A stretch of 64,000 bases of DNA from Bugula neritina (lineage: Eukaryota > Animalia > Bryozoa), in the NCBI GenBank assembly GCA_964035545.1, contig OZ037767.1, positions 32,256,628 through 32,320,627 on the forward strand, read 5' to 3'. Below are positions 1 through 15,300 of this stretch, in pieces. The notes beneath the pieces are model-generated. The model saw nothing but the letters and a program-made list of their open reading frames with translations. It searched no databases and was not told the origin of the DNA. How positions within the stretch are numbered: the first letter of the stretch is position 1; the number at the start of each line of letters is the position of its first letter. Made by a program: the position numbers and the translations under genes.

Positions 1-858
1 ATGGGAGGGAACTACGCCTGCTCTGCCCACCCAGATGAATTCTACACCATACACTGGATAGACCCAGGTAAGATTGTCTGTCATTTTCTCTCTTAATTGT
101 AAGGTATTTGGGTGTACAGGTTATGCTGGTTAAAAGTTTACATGGACACAATATAGATGAAATATGTTCTTCATTGAGTACTCGATAAGTAGATCACTCA
201 AACTGTGTCACTCAAACTGTGTCACGCAGAGAGTGTCACTCAAAGGGTGTCACTCAAAGGGTGTCACTCAAAGGGTGTCACTCAAAGGGTGTCACTCAAA
301 GGGTGTCACTCAAAGGGTGTCACTCTGTAACCTTCTCTGAGTTTCCTGTCAACTCTTTGCTCATGTCATGTGATTTACAGTTGCCTTAGTTCCACAAAGT
401 ACAGACTTTAGCCGAGACGTTTATGGAAGCAACCTTAGATTCTACTGTTCAGTGGATATGACTCCAACTGACATCAGCTACTCTAAGATTATGAGTGTCG
501 TCTGGTAATGTCATGCTTACCTGTATAGTACAGTGTGTATGTATGTGACAGTGTGTGTGTGTGACAGTGTATGTGACAGTGTGTATGTTACAGTGTATGT
601 ATGTGACAGTGTGTGTGTGTGTGTGACAGTGTGTATGTGACAGTGTGTGTGACAGTGTGTATGTGACAGTGTGTGTGACTGTGTGTGTATGTGACAGTGT
701 ATATGTGTGACAGTGTGTATGTTACAATATATATGTGTGACAGTGTGTATGTGACAGTGTGTGTGTGTGTGTGTGCGTGACAGCGACTGTGTGCGTGACA
801 GCGATTGTGTGCGTGACAGCGACTGTGTGCGTGACAGCGACTGTGTGCGTGACAGCGG

Positions 859-942
<84 letters not shown>

Positions 943-3656
943 GCGTGCGCGTGCGCGTGCGCGTGCGCGTGCGCGTGCGCGTGCGCGTGCGCGTGCGCGT
1001 GCGCGTGCGCGTGCGCGTGCGCGTGCGCGTGTGTGTGTGACAATATATATACATGTGACAATATATATATGTGTGACAGTATATGTGACAGGCATTGGAA
1101 TAGTGCCAAGACTCAAGGAAACTGGGCAATTCTACAGAATAATATCAACGGAGTAAAATATCAGACTGACTCTTTTGGTGCCAACTCAACTCTGGTCATA
1201 TCTAACTACAACCCAATACAACACGGTGGTGAATACAGATGTACTGTTAATATACTCAGATATGCTGATCCACTCGAAAGTACATCTTTCAGCATTCAAA
1301 GTTAGTAACAGTACTCACTATTTATTATATATTACTACTATATGCAATATATTACTACTATATGCTATATATTACTACTATATGCTATATATTACTACTA
1401 TATACTATATATTACTACTATATACTATATATTACTACTATACGCTATATATTACTACTATGCGCTATATATTACTACTATATGCTATATATTACTACTA
1501 TATGCTATATATTACTACTATATACTATATATTACTACTATATACTATATATTACTACTATACGCTATATATTACTACTATGTGCTATATATTACTACTA
1601 TGTGCTATATATTACTACTATATGCTATATATTACTACTATACACTTTATATTACTACTATACGCTATATATTACTACTATGTGCTATATATTACTATTA
1701 TACACTATATATTACTACTATATACTATATACTACTACTATGTGCTATATATTACTACTATACGCTATATATTACTACTATACACTATATATTACTACTA
1801 TACACTATATATTACTACTATATGCAATATATTACTACTATATGCTATATATTACTACTATATGCTATATGTTGCTACTATACACTATATATTACTACTA
1901 TACATTATATGTTACTACTATGTGCTGTATATTACTACTATATACTACTACTATATGCTATATGTTACTACTATATGCTATATATTACTACTTTATACTA
2001 TATATTACTACTATATGCTATATATTACTACTATATATTATGTATGTCTTGCAGGCCAGCCAAAGGCACAGCTAACTAACGACAAAAGGGATTCCTTTGA
2101 TTTTGGTGTCACTGAAGAGTTTAAAATTACTTGTTACGCCGAATCTTACCCATTTCCTAGTGACATCGAGTTTAGAATTTATACCGAGTCAATAACTCGT
2201 GACCATCCCGGGATAAAGGACTTCAGCGTAGACACTTTGTCTCTAAATGTGAAGAGACATTACGCTACCTTCACTGTGACTAATGCAACTAGTAAGTGTT
2301 GAATACAACCGTTGACATGTTGAGTACATCTGTTGATATGTTGAGTACATCTGTTACTATGTTGAGTACATCTGTTGACATGTAGATATGTTGAATACAA
2401 CTGTTGATATGCAGGTGTGTTTCCTGTCAACAACTCAATGATAGAATGTATAGTTACCAGACCTGATGGAGAGGAGAACCTGGCACAAACCAATGTCTCT
2501 CTGTTTGAAGTTACTCCTCCTGTGACAGCCACGGATAGCCCTGTGAACCCAAATGTTCGGCCCAGACAGGGTAGGCTATGTTACCACCCCTAAACTATAC
2601 TAGTCTGTACTATCACACTGCTATACTATATACTGTACTGTTATACTCACGTACTCAGACGAATGGGACAACGGATCTTCTTGTTTATCACAGAAACGTA
2701 CAATATATCTCTATAAATCTGTTCCCTAACTTTGTATGTTAGAGTCAGAAATATAATTCATAACTTTATAGTCTTTAGTTAAGCTGACTATTTTTCAATC
2801 ATAAGGAATACTTGTCAGAAAGATATCAAATGACACAAGAGTAACTTTTTATCTTTACTTTATATCCATATTGCAAAGGCAGGTCTCCAGTGACTAGCTA
2901 GCTGATAGTATAGTTGAATAAATCAGTTATATTGTAACTATTACATCTATCTGTCTATAGAGATAGTCTGCTATATCTATAGATACTCTGCTATATCTAT
3001 AGATACTCTGCTATATCTATAGATACTCTGCTATATCTATAGATACTCTGCTATATCTATAGATACTCTGCTATATCTATAGATACTCTGCTATATCTAT
3101 AGATACTCTGCTATATCTATAGATACTCTGCTATATCTATAGATACTCTGCTATATCTATAGATACTCTGCTATATCTATAGATACTCTGCTATATCTAG
3201 AGATACTCTGCTATATCTAGAGATACTCTGCTATATCTAGAGATACTCTGCTATATCTAGAGATATTCTATTGATAGTTATACTATGACACAGTATCTAT
3301 TATACTATGGCATAGTATCTAATATATTATGACACAGTATCTATTATATTATGACACAGTATCTATATTATTGTTACTGTATGACAGGAGTTGTCCAGCC
3401 TTGGGTAATTGTCCTTTCTATCCTCATCCCGGTGGTAGTCATAGCAGTGCTAGTTGGCGTTCTCGTGTGGAAGTTCAGAAGTGACGGTGGCCATAACAAG
3501 GGGGGTGAGTAACAGTAACTGTATCTGTAGCTAACACTGGTCACTGAATCCATTTACAGCATATTCCACAGCCTGTTTCTCCAATGTTACACAAGAATCT
3601 CTCCTCGTTTGTTTACAGCGTACACATTAGGGGACACAGATGACCCCGATGCTTAA
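1..3656 (+). CDS. Ig-domain type I transmembrane receptor, paralog A (short tail; 5' end outside window). Exons <1-68, 381-504, 1092-1300, 2055-2291, 2415-2570, 3388-3504, probably 3619-3656
   Basis: GT-AG introns with matching phases. Ig motifs LRFYC...VVWHW...STLVISNY...HGGEYRCTV and [11 protein letters not shown]...IECIV. TM segment WVIVLSILIPVVVIAVLVGVLVW, tail KFRSDGGHNKG-AYTLGDTDDPDA*. Last exon is less certain (alternative acceptor at 3560). Confidence 0.85.
530..1090. repeat. Compound (GT)n / GTGACA / (GCGCGT)n microsatellite in an intron of receptor A
   Basis: Directly visible; source of spurious ORFs at 517-1305. Confidence 0.95.
1320..2040. repeat. 20-bp minisatellite (TATGCTATATATTACTACTA); mirror copy at ~6795-7465
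   Basis: Tandem units visible. Confidence 0.95.
2960..3265. repeat. 20-bp minisatellite AGATACTCTGCTATATCTAT
   Basis: Near-perfect tandem units. Confidence 0.95.
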
Positions 3657-5365
3657 GAGCAAGTCTCTCAGCTGGTATGCAGCACATTTCTCTCATGATT
3701 GAGCTTGTGCTGTGAAATGCTTTCTGCTCGGAGCTCTCCTGCGTATATATAGTTTCTAAATCCATGAAATTATTAAAAATAAGTATATTTTCTGTTACAT
3801 TTTGTGAAATTTCTTGCTATTTCCAAGCTTTATGCGTTCTATGTCTCTACTACATGCCATCTCAGTAAAATCTCATGCCTGGGGAGATTACTCCGATATA
3901 TTTTATATTGTATTCTCTACTCTGTATCTTGCCATTCCGATTACATATATTTTATTAGTCTTATTTTATATATTCATTTTATAGTAGTCTTACTTGTGTC
4001 TGCCAATTCTTATTTTCAAACAAAATAACAATATTTTCATATAACACCAGGTTCTTTCTATGAAATTGCATCGATTTGTTCTACTGTATATACCCTACTG
4101 TGTACATCCTACTGTATACATGCTACTATGTACACCTACTGCATACACCCCACTGTATATACACTACTGTATACATCCTACTGTATATATACATTACTGT
4201 TAATACTAAAATAACATAGCATAGATACTACATGTTTTGTGAGATAAGATTTATTGATGAGAAAAATAATAATGATGATGATATATACAGGATTAAAAAT
4301 ATAAATGTGAAGAAAATATATTTAAAGCTACTAATTGCAGTGCTCTTTTTGAGATTACCATAAACATTACACAAATACATTAGTTATGATCATGTACAGA
4401 GCCATGTTTCTCTGTACATTATTAAATTGTCATGGGAAAAAAGCTATAAGTATATTACAACCGAAATATCTATAAGTAAAAGATTATGAAACATGTAAAT
4501 ATTAGATTTGTTGGCAAAGATTACTGATAGAAGAAGTAAAAGAATAACATCTAGTGTACAAGAAAAGCAACCCTAGTCAGCAAGGAGGAGGTAGTAAGCT
4601 GAGAGCAGGTAGTAAGCTGAGAGCAATGCAAAGATATTAGCAGACAGCATGCTATCCCTGCCTACATTGTAGGTACATGACATATACGTGCAAAAATAAT
4701 AGTGTTGTACAAAAAGCTCCTGCAGTAGCAAATGAAAATGGGATGTAAATGCAGTCACATGTCTGTGTTACAACACAACGGGAGGATACCAGTGAATATC
4801 CCGGTCTCAACAGTGCCAGTGTTGGTGGGGGAGGATTTAATCTGGGTCATCAGTGTTGCCTACAGAGTACTTGCCTGTAACAGAGAGAGCAGAAGGGTGG
4901 GTGTGTGCATGCCCCAACATCTACTTGCTCTAGCCTGCAGCTATCCTAAGCACGTAGAAGCTTTCCCAATGCTGCTATGTTAACATGTAAAGAGGTGGAA
5001 TATATATGCAGATGTTACTTATAATTCAGAGAACAGATAACTCTAAATATACAATAAATAGTTGACATGTAACAACCAATAATATTATTTTCTCTAACTT
5101 GCAGCTAACAAATAGTGGGGATGCCTTCACCACACCTCCTACCGCAGGGAGGTTAGTAGATTATAGGGCTATTTTTGACATGCAGTAGCTGTGAAAGTTA
5201 GAATAGGAAAAGTAGTAGTAGAGAAGAAACAGAAACACTTCACCAACATACAGTATCACCAACATTATCCCAGTAGTCTATGCTATATAGTATATACATA
5301 TACAATACATATACAATACACATAAAACTGTCCAACTGCTAGGTTAGCTCAAGTTCTGAAATGTA

Positions 5366-8300
5366 TCAGTATCTGTTGAGGGAGGGTGGGGATGCGTACC
5401 CGGTGTGAGCACGGTTAGACCGAGGTGTGCTATATTGAACACTGGGTGGGCGGTAGGGGGTCTCCCCTTCATCAGCAATAGAGAAGTGGTCCTTGCTGGG
5501 GTGCTCAGTCAGTGGCTGACTATGGGAAGGGGGCTCAGCCCTACGCCCCTTACTATACTGACTGCCACCGTAGATAGGATTGTGGTCTACCCTGCCCGGA
5601 GTAGCGTAGGGGCTGGAGTTGTAGGACTTATTGTGCTGCCCCCGGATATACTGGCCAGGGGCGTAAACCCCCTGACTAGCCATAGACTGGCTGTCGGAGT
5701 AGCGGGAACTGCGCATGCTCCGCACAGAGCGATGGTCAGCGTACTGGCCATCAGTTATGTTGTCGTCTGAGGGGGCGTGGTAGAAGTTACCTCCATCGTC
5801 TTCTCCTCCAAACTTCTTGCACTTCCAGACGAGGATCACAGCTATGACTAGCAAGATGATGATGGGTATGATGACAGCAATGGCTATGACCCACGGCCTA
5901 GTTGGTTCTACAACATACATAATAGTAGTATTATAGACTATAGACTAGTGTGTAGTATAACAGTACAGTATCATAACATAGCAGTGTAATAGTACAGACT
6001 AGTATAGTTTAGGGGTGGTAACATAACCTACCCTGTCTGGGCCGAACATTTGGGTTCACAGGGCTATCCGTGGCTGTCACAGGGGGAGTAACTTCAAACA
6101 GAGAGACTTTGGTTTGTGCCAGGTTCTCCTCTCCATCAGGTCTGGTAACTATACATTCTATCACTGAGTTGTTGACAGGAAACACACCTGCATATCAACA
6201 GTTGTATTCAACATATCTACATGTCAACAGATGTACTCAACATAGCAACAGTTGTATTCAACATATCTACATGTCAACAGATGTACTCAACATAGCAACA
6301 GTTGTACTCAACATATCTACATGTCAACAGATGTACTCAACATATCAACAGTTGTATTCAACATATCTACATGTCAACAGTTGTATTCAACACATCAACA
6401 GTTGTATTCAACATATCTACATGTCAACAGATGTACTCAACATAGCAACAGATGTACTCAACACATCTACATATCAACAGTTTTACTCAACACACATGTA
6501 TATCTACAGTTGTATTCAACACATCAACAGTTGTATTCAACACTTACTAGTTGCGTTAGTCACAGTGAAGGTAGCGTAGTGTCTCTTCACATTTAGAGAC
6601 AAAGTGTCTACGTAGAAGTCCTTTATCCCGGGATGGTCACGAGTTAGAGTCTCGGTATAAATTCTAAACTCGATGTCACTAGGAAATGGGTAAGATTCGG
6701 CGTAACAAGTTATTTTAAACTCTTCAGTGATACCAAAGTCAAAGGAATCCCTTTTGTCGTTAGTTAGCTGTGCCTTTGGCTGGCCTGCAAGACATACATA
6801 ATATATAGTAGTAATATATAGCATATAGTAGTAATATATAGCATATAGTAGTAATATATAGCATATAGTAGTAACATATAGCGTATAGTAGTAATATATA
6901 GCATATAGTAGTAATATATAGCATATAGTAGTAATATATAGCATATAGTAGTAATATATTGCATATGGTAGTAATATATAGCATACAGTAGTAATATATA
7001 GCATATAGTAGTAACATATAGCGTATAGTAGTAATATATAGCGTATAGTAGTAATATATAGCATATAGTAGTAATATATAGCATATAGTAGTAATATATA
7101 GCGTATAGTAGTAATATATAGCATAATTATAGTAGTAATATATAGTGTGTAGTAGTAATATATAGTATATAGTAGTAATATATAGTGTAGAGTAGTAACA
7201 TATAGCGTATAGTAGTAATATATAGTGTGTAGTAGCAATATATAGCATATAGTAGTAATATATAGCATATAGTAGTAATATATAGCATATAGTAGTAATA
7301 TATAGTGTATAGTAGTAATATATAGCATATAGTAGTAATATATAGTATATAGTAGTAATATATAGTATATAGTAGTAATATATAGTATATAGTAGTAATA
7401 TATAGCATATAGTAGTAATATATAGCATATAGTAGTAATATATTGCATATAGTAGTAATATATAATAAATAGTGAGTACTGTTACTAACTTTGAATGCTG
7501 AAAGATGTACTTTCGAGTGGATCAGCATATCTGAGTATATTAACAGTACATCTGTATTCACCACCGTGTTGTATTGAGTTGTAGTTAGATATGACCAGAG
7601 TTGAGTTGGCACCAAAGGAGTCAGTCTGATATTTTATTCCGTTGATATTATTCTGTAGAATTGCCCAGTTTCCTTGAGTCTTGGCACTATTCCAATGCCT
7701 GTCGCATATACTGTCACACATATATATACTGTCACACCTATATACTGTCACACATATATATATATACTGTCACATATATACTGTCACATATATATATATA
7801 TATATATATACTGTAACATACACTCTGTCACACACACACACACTGTCACATACACACTGTCACACACACACACACTGTCACATACATACACTGTAACATA
7901 CACACTGTCACATACACTGTCACACACACACTGTCACATACATACACACTGTACTATACAGGTAAACATGACATTACCAGACGACACTCATAATCTTAGA
8001 GTAGCTGATGTCAGTTGGAGTCATATCCACTGAACAGTAGAATCTAAGGTTGCTTCCATAAACGTCTCGGCTAAAGTCTGTACTTTGTGGAACTAAGGCA
8101 ACTGTAAATCACATGACATGAGCAAAGAGTTGACAGGAAACTCAGAGAAGGTTACAGAGTGACACCCTTTGAGTGACACCCTTTGAGTGACACCCTTTGA
8201 GTGACACCCTTTGAGTGACACTCTCTGCGTGACAGAGTATATTATACACTAGTATAGACGTATATTATACACTAGTATAGACGTATATTACACACTAGTA

Positions 8301-10549
8301 TAGACGTATATTATACACTAGTATAGACGTATATTATACACTAGTATAGACGTATATTATACACTAGTATAGACGTATATTATACACTAGTATAGACGTA
8401 TATTATACACTAGTATAGACGTATATTATACACTAGTATAGACGTATATTATACACTAGTATAGACGTATATTATACACTAGTATAGACGTATATTATAC
8501 ACTAGTATAGACGTATATTATACACTAGTATAGACGTATATTATACACTAGTATAGACGTATATTATACACTAGTATAGACGTATATTATACACTAGTAT
8601 AGACGTATATTATACACTAGTATAGACGTATATTATACACTAGTATAGACGTATATTATACACTAGTATAGACGTATATTATACACCAGTATAGACGTAT
8701 ATTATACACCAGTATAGACGTATATTATACACCAGTATAGACGTATATTATACACCAGTATAGACGTATATTATACACCAGTATAGACGTATATTATACA
8801 CTAGTATAGGCGTATATTATACACTAGTATAGGCGTATATTATACACTAGTATAGGCGTATATTATACACTAGTATAGACGTATATTATACACTAGTATA
8901 GACGTATATTATACACTAGTATAGACGTATATTATACACTAGTATAGATGTATATTATACACTAGTATAGATGTATATTATACACTAGTATAGATGTATA
9001 TTATACACTAGTATAGATGTATATTATACACTAGTATAGACGTATATTATACACTAGTATAGACGTATATTATACACTAGTATAGACGTATATTACACAC
9101 TAGTATAGATGTATATTATATTATACGTATCGTATCTCACCAGGGTCTATCCAGTGTATTAGGTAGGACTCCTCCGGATACGCTGAACAAGCATATCTCC
9201 CGCCAAGTGACTTCTTCCAAGTGATATCTCCAGTGTTGACTGTACACCAGAAGTCTGTGTCTACTGCGTAGTTACATACCTGGCCCTGTATGTTACCTGC
9301 AACAATACTTACTCTCTCTACATACTGTACATATCTTACACTTACTCTCTCTCTCTACATACTGTACATATCTTACACTCTCTCTCTCTCTCTACATACT
9401 GTACATATCTTACACTTACTCTCTCTACATACTGTACATATCTTACACTTACTCTCTCTACATACTGTACGTATCTTACACTTACTCTCTCTCTACATAC
9501 TGTACATATCTTACACTTACTCTCTCTACATACTGTACGTATCTTACACTTACTCTCTCTCTCTACATACTGTACATATCTTACACTTACTCTCTCTACA
9601 TACTGTACATATCTTACACTTACTCTCTCTCTACACACTGTACATATCTTACCCTCTCTCTACATACTGTACATATCTTACACTTACTCTCTCTACATAC
9701 TGTACATATCTTACACTTACTCTCTCTACATACTGTACGTATCTTACACTTACTCTCTCTCTACATACTGTACATATCTTACACTTACTCTCTCTACATA
9801 CTGTACATATCTTACACTTACTCTCTCTCTACACACTGTACATATCTTACCCTCTCTCTAAATACTGTACATATCTTACACTTACTCTCTCTACATATTA
9901 TATACGTACTCACTGTACAATGTATATGCACACTATAATGAAATTACTCGGAGTTGCTCTACCAAAAAGAGAGAGTACAAGACAGGGAATGACTAAGACT
10001 AATGTTGGAAAGTAACACAATGTGGTACCAGACTAGGAGTTACTTTCCCTTTTAACTCTCTCACAGCAGGCAACAAATCATCGTACATTGCTTTGCTTAG
10101 TTTAGAACTTACTCTCACCCAGTGTGGTATATTTAAGAGTGTTGACTTTAAACCATGAAAAATCATTATGTCGCTAATGGTACCGCAAGTTTATATAAGT
10201 TATAAAGGAAAAATTTTGCCACTTTTGTGATTTTATTTTTTTTTTATATTATGTGTCCATTTTTTTTAGTTTTGTTTATTGGTAAAGTTTTTAAACATAT
10301 TTTCAATACATATAAAATTTTAAAAAAAATTAAAACTTAATCATGCACGTAAATACAAAGCTATAAAGTTTAAGCTTCGCTGTGATTACAATGTGAATAT
10401 GAATTGAATAATGCTTGCAATAACCATTTGACACAAAATACGTTACAGTTGCTATAAATGTAAGACTAGTAAATTGGATGCAAATAGGCACGGTAATACA
10501 ATTTAATTTATGCTATTTTTAAAATTTGTAGTAAATATTCGGCATGTAT

Positions 10550-10586
<37 letters not shown>

Positions 10587-12226
10587 TATAATAATATATT
10601 ATATATTTTTATATTATATATTGTTATATTATATATATATTATATAAGTATAATAATATTATATATAATATATATATATTATAATAATATATTATATAAT
10701 ATAATAATATAATATATTATTATATTATATATTATATTATATATATATTATATATATATAATATCATATAAAATATATTATTATATTATATTATTTACAA
10801 AATATATATATATTATAATAATATATTATATATTATTATATATTATATTATTATATATGTATTATACAAGTATAATAATATTATATATAATATATATATA
10901 TATTATAATAATATATTATATATTATTATATTATATATTATACATATATAATATCATATAAAATATATTATTATATTATATTATTTATAATATATATATA
11001 TATTATAATAATATATTATATATTATATTATATATATATATTATACAAGTATAATAATATTATATATAATATATATATTATAATAATATATATATATTTT
11101 AATAATATATTATTATATTATATATATATTATATATATATAATATCATATAAAATATATTATTATATTATATTATTTATAATATATATATATATATATAT
11201 TATAATATATATATATATATATATATATTATAATAATATATATATATTTTAATAATATATTATATACTATTTTATTATATATTATATTATATATATATTA
11301 TATATATAATATCATATATAATATAATATTATATTATATTATATATGATATATATATATATATTATAATAATATATTATACATTAATATATTATATATAT
11401 ATAATATCATATAAAATATATTATTATATTATATTATTTACAAAATATATATATATATTATAATAATATATTATATATTATTATATATTATATTATTATA
11501 TATATATTATACAAGTATAATAATATTATATATAATATATATATATATATATTAGAATAATATATTATATATTATTATATTATATATTATATTATATATA
11601 TAATATCATATAAAATATATTATTATATTATATTATTTATAATATATATATATATATTATAATAATATATATTATATATTATATTATATATATATTATAC
11701 AAGTATAATATTATATATAATATAATATATAATATTATTTATAATATATATATATATATTATAATATATATATATATATATATATTATAATAATATATAT
11801 ATATATTTTAATAATATATTATATACTATTATATTATATATTATATTATATATATATTATATATATAATATCATATATAATATATTATTATATTATATAT
11901 TATATTATATATGATATATATATATATTATAATAATATATTATACATTAATATATTATATATTATATATATAATAATATCATATATATATATATTATAAT
12001 ATTATATTATATATTATATTATATATATATTATATATATAATAATATCATATATAATATATATAATATATTATTATATTATATATTATATTATATATATA
12101 ATAATATCATATATAATATATTATTATATTATATATTAAATTATATACATTATATATATATAATGATATTATATATAATATATATATATACATATAATAA
12201 TATTATATATTATATATATATAATAG

Positions 12227-12307
<81 letters not shown>

Positions 12308-12325
12308 ATATATATTATATATATA

Positions 12326-12396
<71 letters not shown>

Positions 12397-15300
12397 GCCA
12401 AATATTTACTACAAAATTCAAAAATAGCATAAATTAAGTAGTATTACCGTGCCTATTTGCATCCAATTAACTAGTCTTACATTTATAGCCACTGTAACGT
12501 ATTTTGTGTATAATGGTTATTGCAAGCATTATTCAATTCATATTCACATTAAAATCACAGCGAAGCTTTAACTTTATAGCTTTGTATTTATTTGCATGAT
12601 TGAGTTTTAATTTTTTTTTAAATTTTATGTGCATTAAAAATGTGTTTAAAAACTTTACCAATAAAAAAAATTAAAAAAAATGTACACATAAAATAGAAAA
12701 AAAATAAAATAAAAAAGTGGCAAAATTTTTCCTTTATAACTTATATAAACTCGCGGTACCAATCTCGGCATAATGGCGCCCATATGATTCCGTAAGATTT
12801 GCTAATGGCAACACTCTTAAATATACCACACTGCTCTCACCTGCATAGTAAGTCAACAGCAACCACCCTTTAAACTACTAAAACCACTGGTTAAACTTCC
12901 ACAAACACCCTTTTAACTACCATATTCACTCTTTAAACTAGCACAACCACTCTTTAAACTGCACAACCACCCTTTAAACTACCACAACCACCCTTCAAAC
13001 TACTACAACCACTCTTTAAACTAGCACAATCATTGCAATAAAATACAGTCACAGTATTAGCCTGTACCAAGATGAGCTCAGAAGAAAAGTGGTTAGAATG
13101 TTGGAATAGCAGAGCCTGTGTTTCATGACAAATTTAGGGGTGGTGGGTTATGTCCACCCCTCAGTGAGTAGTTTAACTTGAAAGCCTGAGGCCAAAAAGC
13201 TGTTAGGAGCTGACAGTGACAGAATCTGCTCTAATATCAACAGTAGTCTGGAGTGAAGTTATCCCGTTTATTCCAAAACCCCGTGGAACTAATGCTACAG
13301 ACATACAAGAACAGAGGCTATCCCTGTCAGCTTGAGACAAGTATTTGTTGAGTGCTCATAACATTACAGCAGTGTGCATATAGTAGTAGTACACAGTACA
13401 CTAGAGTAATACACAGTACACTAGAGTAGTACACAGTACACTAGAGTAATACACAGTACACTAGAGTAGTACACAGTACACTAGAGTAGTACACAGTACA
13501 CTAGAGTAGTACACAGTACACTAGAGTAGTACACAGTACACTAGAGTAGTACACAGTACACTAGAGTAGTACACAGTACACTAGAGTAGTACACAGTACA
13601 CTAGAGTAGTACACAGTACACTAGAGTAGTACACAGTACACTAGAGTAGTACACAGTACACTAGAGTAGTACACAGTACACTAGAGTAGTACACAGTACA
13701 CTAGAGTAGTACACAGTACACTAGAGTAGTACACAGTACACTAGAGTAGTACACAGTACACTAGAGTAGTACACAGTACACTAGAGTAGTACACAGTACA
13801 CTAGAGTAGTACACAGTACACTAGAGTAGTACACAGTACACTAGAGTAGTACACAGTACACTAGAGTAGTACACAGTACACTAGAGTAGTACACAGTACA
13901 CTAGAGTAGTACACAGTACACTAGAGTAGTACACAGTACACTAGAGTAGTACACAGTACACTAGAGTAGTACACAGTACACTAGAGTAGTACACAGTACA
14001 CTAGAGTAGTACACAGTACACTAGAGTAGTACACAGTACACTAGAGTAGTACACAGTACACTAGAGTAGTACACAGTACACTAGAGTAGTACACAGTACA
14101 CTAGAGTAATACACAGTACACTAGAGTAGTACACAGTACACTAGAGTAATACACAGTACACTAGAGTAGTACACAGTACACTAGAGTAGTACACAGTACA
14201 CTAGGGAGTTAGCCCCAGAACAAATACTGCACACAGAAGATTTGTAGAGCCACCTTTAACCCACCCTAACTAGAAGTAAGTAGTGCCTCTGCACAATGCT
14301 TGTCTCATGATCAAACCACGCCCCCTTCCTGACAAAACTGAGATACGGTGGACTGTGTTACGCACTCGTTACGTAGATCTCCTAACCCCTCATTCACACT
14401 TACCGTATCTTACGCCGTAACAGCAAAAATAAAATGGCGACGCTGTTGCATTTTGTCAACGGGTGTTCACACATTGCCGTAAAAGTACAATGCATGACGT
14501 TGAGCTGTGACCAATCATAATAAAGCCAACTCTTGTCTGCGGTGATTTGAGCGCCTTTGAATATTATTTACAAATTATTCGCAACATTCTTATCAAAAGA
14601 TGTTATATAAATGCTATTTACTAAATAAAAGCAATTACATGAAAAGAATCTTTTTTTAAATATATTCGTTTTTAAAATAATTGTGCAAACTAATTTAAAT
14701 AATGAATATTTAAGCCGTCCAAATCATTTTTAAGTTTTTGGTTTGCTTGATTTTGTGATTAAGGAAAGCTAAATTTTTAAGCTGAGTTTAATTCAAACAA
14801 GCCAGATAAAGATATTTTAATTTTTTAAAACTTTTAAATTGGTTAAATTAAATCAAAAATAAGCAATTAAAATAAACTAGCGAAAATGTTCTTTAAATTT
14901 TAGTACCAGATCAACTCTACCCAATAGGAGCCCGCCGTGATTTTTTGAATCAAGCACTGCTTGATCAACGCCGCAACGTATACCGGAGTACGATTTAGCC
15001 CGGATGTTAACAAAAATGGCTGAAATTTGCTGTTACCGGTAAGTGTGAATAGGGGGGTTACCGTTACATTGACTAGCACAGAACAAACCATCCAATCAGC
15101 ATGCATGTTTATAACTGGAAGCAGAGATATATGTAATAGCCACCAACTGACCAATTAGAAGCATACATCACAGAGTTATTCCCCCAATAAACACCTAAGT
15201 CACTGCAGAGAGCAGAGTAGTCATTGCAGAGAGCAGAGTAGTCACTGCAGAGAGTAGAGTAGTCACTGCAGAGAGTAGTCACTGCAGAGAGTAGTCACTG

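Larger units (their letters stand above)
219..8235. repeat. Inverted segmental repeat: ~219-2647 versus ~5954-8235 (four exons plus introns of receptors A and B), ~3.3-kb spacer
   Basis: Reverse-complement match seen directly; identical exon lengths (124, 209, 237, 156 nt) and shared intronic repeats. Confidence 0.95.

Noticed and set aside
517-2302. Long His/Thr, Cys/Val and Tyr/Ile-rich ORFs (also 6537-7615, 9290-10015, 26884-27519, 47597-48147, 49668-50347)
   Set aside because: Stop-free frames of tandem repeats lying between canonical splice sites.
219-8235. Inverted repeat as pure misassembly or haplotype duplication
   Set aside because: Each copy has its own distinct, in-frame upstream and TM/tail exons and scattered substitutions; long-read confirmation is still advisable.
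10105-12850. Possible 6-nt microexon (minus strand CAG|GTGAGA|GTAAGT) at the reconstructed empty site of the hAT insertion
   Set aside because: Could arise by chance; not needed for the reading frame and no supporting evidence.
14404-14475. Minus-strand ATG exon with GTAAGT donor as first exon of receptor B
   Set aside because: Wrong phase and lies within the end of the MITE; better exons exist at 20.6-21.4 kb.
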